Assembly (NCBI GenBank): GCA_045605325.1
Contig: JAZUPU010000032.1
Location: 1,506-65,505, forward strand
DNA from: Elusimicrobiaceae bacterium
Lineage (GTDB): Bacteria; Elusimicrobiota; Elusimicrobia; Elusimicrobiales; Elusimicrobiaceae
Reading direction: 5' to 3'
Length of the DNA: 64,000 bases
Part shown: positions 62,495 through 64,000 of the stretch, piece after piece
Position numbering within the stretch: position 1 is the first letter of the stretch
How the letters are laid out: each line of letters begins with the position of its first letter
The notes under the pieces: model-generated
Databases searched by the model: none
The model's input: the letters and a program-made list of their open reading frames with translations, nothing else
Told to the model about the DNA's origin: nothing
Translations under genes and position numbers: made by a program

Positions 62495-64000
62495 ATGGCT
62501 GACGATTTGCAAAAATTTCCTTTAGAGAAAATCAGAAATATCGGTATTATCGCGCACATTGATGCCGGTAAGACAACCACCACAGAACGTATTTTATATT
62601 ATACGGGCCGCACCCACAAAATCGGTGAGACACACGACGGTGCATCAGTTACTGACTGGATGGAACAGGAACGCGAAAGAGGTATTACCATTACCTCTGC
62701 CGCTGTTTACTGCACATGGCGTGATTGCCAATTTAACATCATCGACACCCCGGGACACGTGGACTTTACCGCAGAAGTAGAACGTTCACTCCGCGTCCTT
62801 GACGGTGCAGTATGCTGCTTTGACGGCGTACAAGGTGTTGAGCCGCAATCTGAAACAGTTTGGCGCCAAGCAGATAAATACGGTGTTCCGCGTATTGCCT
62901 ATATTAACAAGATGGATAGGGTTGGTGCAAATTTCCAACGCTCTGCAAAGTCCATCGTTGATAAATTAGGCGGTAATGCTTGCCCTATTCAAATCCCAAT
63001 CGGTGCGGAAGACCAATTTAAAGGTGTTGTAGATATCATCAAAATGAAAGGCCTTATATGGTCCGGTGACCATAACGGTGCTGAATTTAATGAAGTTGAT
63101 ATTCCTGCAGATTTAGTTGAAGAAGCACAAGCAGCACGCACTCATATGCTTGAAAAATTAGCTGACTTTGACGATAAAATTATGGAACGCTATTTAAACG
63201 GCGAAACTAATTTTACCGAAGAAGAAATCCGCGCTGCTATCCGCAAAGGGACATTAACCGGTAAATTCTTCCCGGTTGTTTGCGGTTCTTCTTACAAAAA
63301 CAAAGGCGTTCAGCCATTACTTGACGCGGTATGCTATTATTTGCCTTCACCGCTTGATATTCCCCCTGTAAAAGGTACTAACCCCGATACAGGCGAGGAA
63401 GTTACCAGAAGCCATTCTGATAAAGATCCTTTCTGTGCTTTACTCTTCAAAATCCAGACGGATCCTTATGTCGGCAAGTTATCTTTCTTCAGAATTTATT
63501 CCGGTAAACTTGATGCAGGCGATACAGTTTTATTCCCATCTAAGAATGCGGAAGAACGTGTCGGACGTATCATGCGCTTACACGCAAATAAGAGGGAAGA
63601 AGTTAAATCCCTCCGCGCAGGCGATATTGCCGCAACAGTCGCTTTGAAAAACGCTTCCGTCGGGCAAACTTTCTGCTCTCCGGAACATCCGATTGTTCTT
63701 GAAAGTATTACTTTCCCTGAACCGGTTATTTCAATCGCAGTTGAGCCGAAATCAAAAGACGATTCCGATAAAATGTCTAATGCTTTGGCAAAACTCGCAG
63801 AAGAAGACCAAACTTTCCGCGTCAAAACTGACGAAGAAACCGGTCAAACCGTTATTTCCGGTATGGGTGAATTACACTTGGACATCTTGGTTGATCGTAT
63901 GAAACGCGAGTTTAACGTTCAAGCCAATGTCGGTGCACCGCAAGTTGCTTACAGGGAAACTATTACAAAAACAGTTGAACAAGAAAGCAAATTTATCAGG
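62495..64000 (+). CDS. fusA: Elongation factor G, N-terminal 502 codons (continues past window end)
   Basis: My own translation gives [38 protein letters not shown]...[17 protein letters not shown] and [10 protein letters not shown]. It is absent from the ORF track because no stop codon falls in the window. Confidence 0.95.
   Translation, partial: MADDLQKFPLEKIRNIGIIAHIDAGKTTTTERILYYTGRTHKIGETHDGASVTDWMEQERERGITITSAAVYCTWRDCQFNIIDTPGHVDFTAEVERSLRVLDGAVCCFDGVQGVEPQSETVWRQADKYGVPRIAYINKMDRVGANFQRSAKSIVDKLGGNACPIQIPIGAEDQFKGVVDIIKMKGLIWSGDHNGAEFNEVDIPADLVEEAQAARTHMLEKLADFDDKIMERYLNGETNFTEEEIRAAIRKGTLTGKFFPVVCGSSYKNKGVQPLLDAVCYYLPSPLDIPPVKGTNPDTGEEVTRSHSDKDPFCALLFKIQTDPYVGKLSFFRIYSGKLDAGDTVLFPSKNAEERVGRIMRLHANKREEVKSLRAGDIAATVALKNASVGQTFCSPEHPIVLESITFPEPVISIAVEPKSKDDSDKMSNALAKLAEEDQTFRVKTDEETGQTVISGMGELHLDILVDRMKREFNVQANVGAPQVAYRETITKTVEQESKFIR

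Noticed and set aside
62559-63902. ORFs at 62559-62780 (+), 63435-63647 (+), 63496-63825 (-) and 63693-63902 (+)
   Set aside because: All lie inside the fusA coding region in other frames or on the other strand. fusA itself is missing from the track only because it has no stop codon in the window.

Overview
This 64 kb low-GC window covers the replication-origin neighbourhood of a diderm anaerobe. TolB-Pal and an LptD-like protein indicate the diderm envelope, and rubredoxin, desulfoferrodoxin and rubrerythrin indicate anaerobiosis. The many prepilin-type pseudopilin genes and the pdaD-speB pair resemble Elusimicrobiota, but I cannot verify the taxon.

The core is parB-parA-(parS x2)-lepB | dnaA-oriC-dnaN-DUF721-gyrB-gyrA. 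Coding-strand bias switches at about 38 kb: mostly minus to the left, all plus to the right. On the left, a long minus-strand chain of overlapping genes runs tpiA-deoC-(DnaA-like AAA+ protein)-lipoprotein-comM-dprA-topA-xerC-glk-lptD-like-tdk, followed by mfd and pal-ybgF-tolB. On the right are nfu, PHP and GDPD genes, a GH13 enzyme, two paralogous membrane proteins and rplJ-rplL-rpoB-rpoC-rpsL-rpsG-fusA (fusA runs off the window end).

I found no rRNA, tRNA, CRISPR array, transposase, prophage or recognisable defence island. What is unusual lies in the intergenic regions:
- A family of large structured 5' leaders with compensatory base changes and competing antiterminator/terminator folds, with two full copies and one shortened variant.
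- Two inverted pseudopilin paralogs that share a promoter. A poly-T tract sets the -35/-10 spacer to 15 bp in one copy and 17 bp in the other, which suggests phase variation. The pair also lies symmetrically around the origin.
- Two families of MITE/REP-like repeats that fill most large intergenic gaps and account for several ORF-track entries.
- A 992-aa DnaA-domain-III paralog.
- A rubredoxin gene missed by the ORF track.

All calls are by eye. Coordinates of RNA, repeat and regulatory elements are approximate to a few nt.
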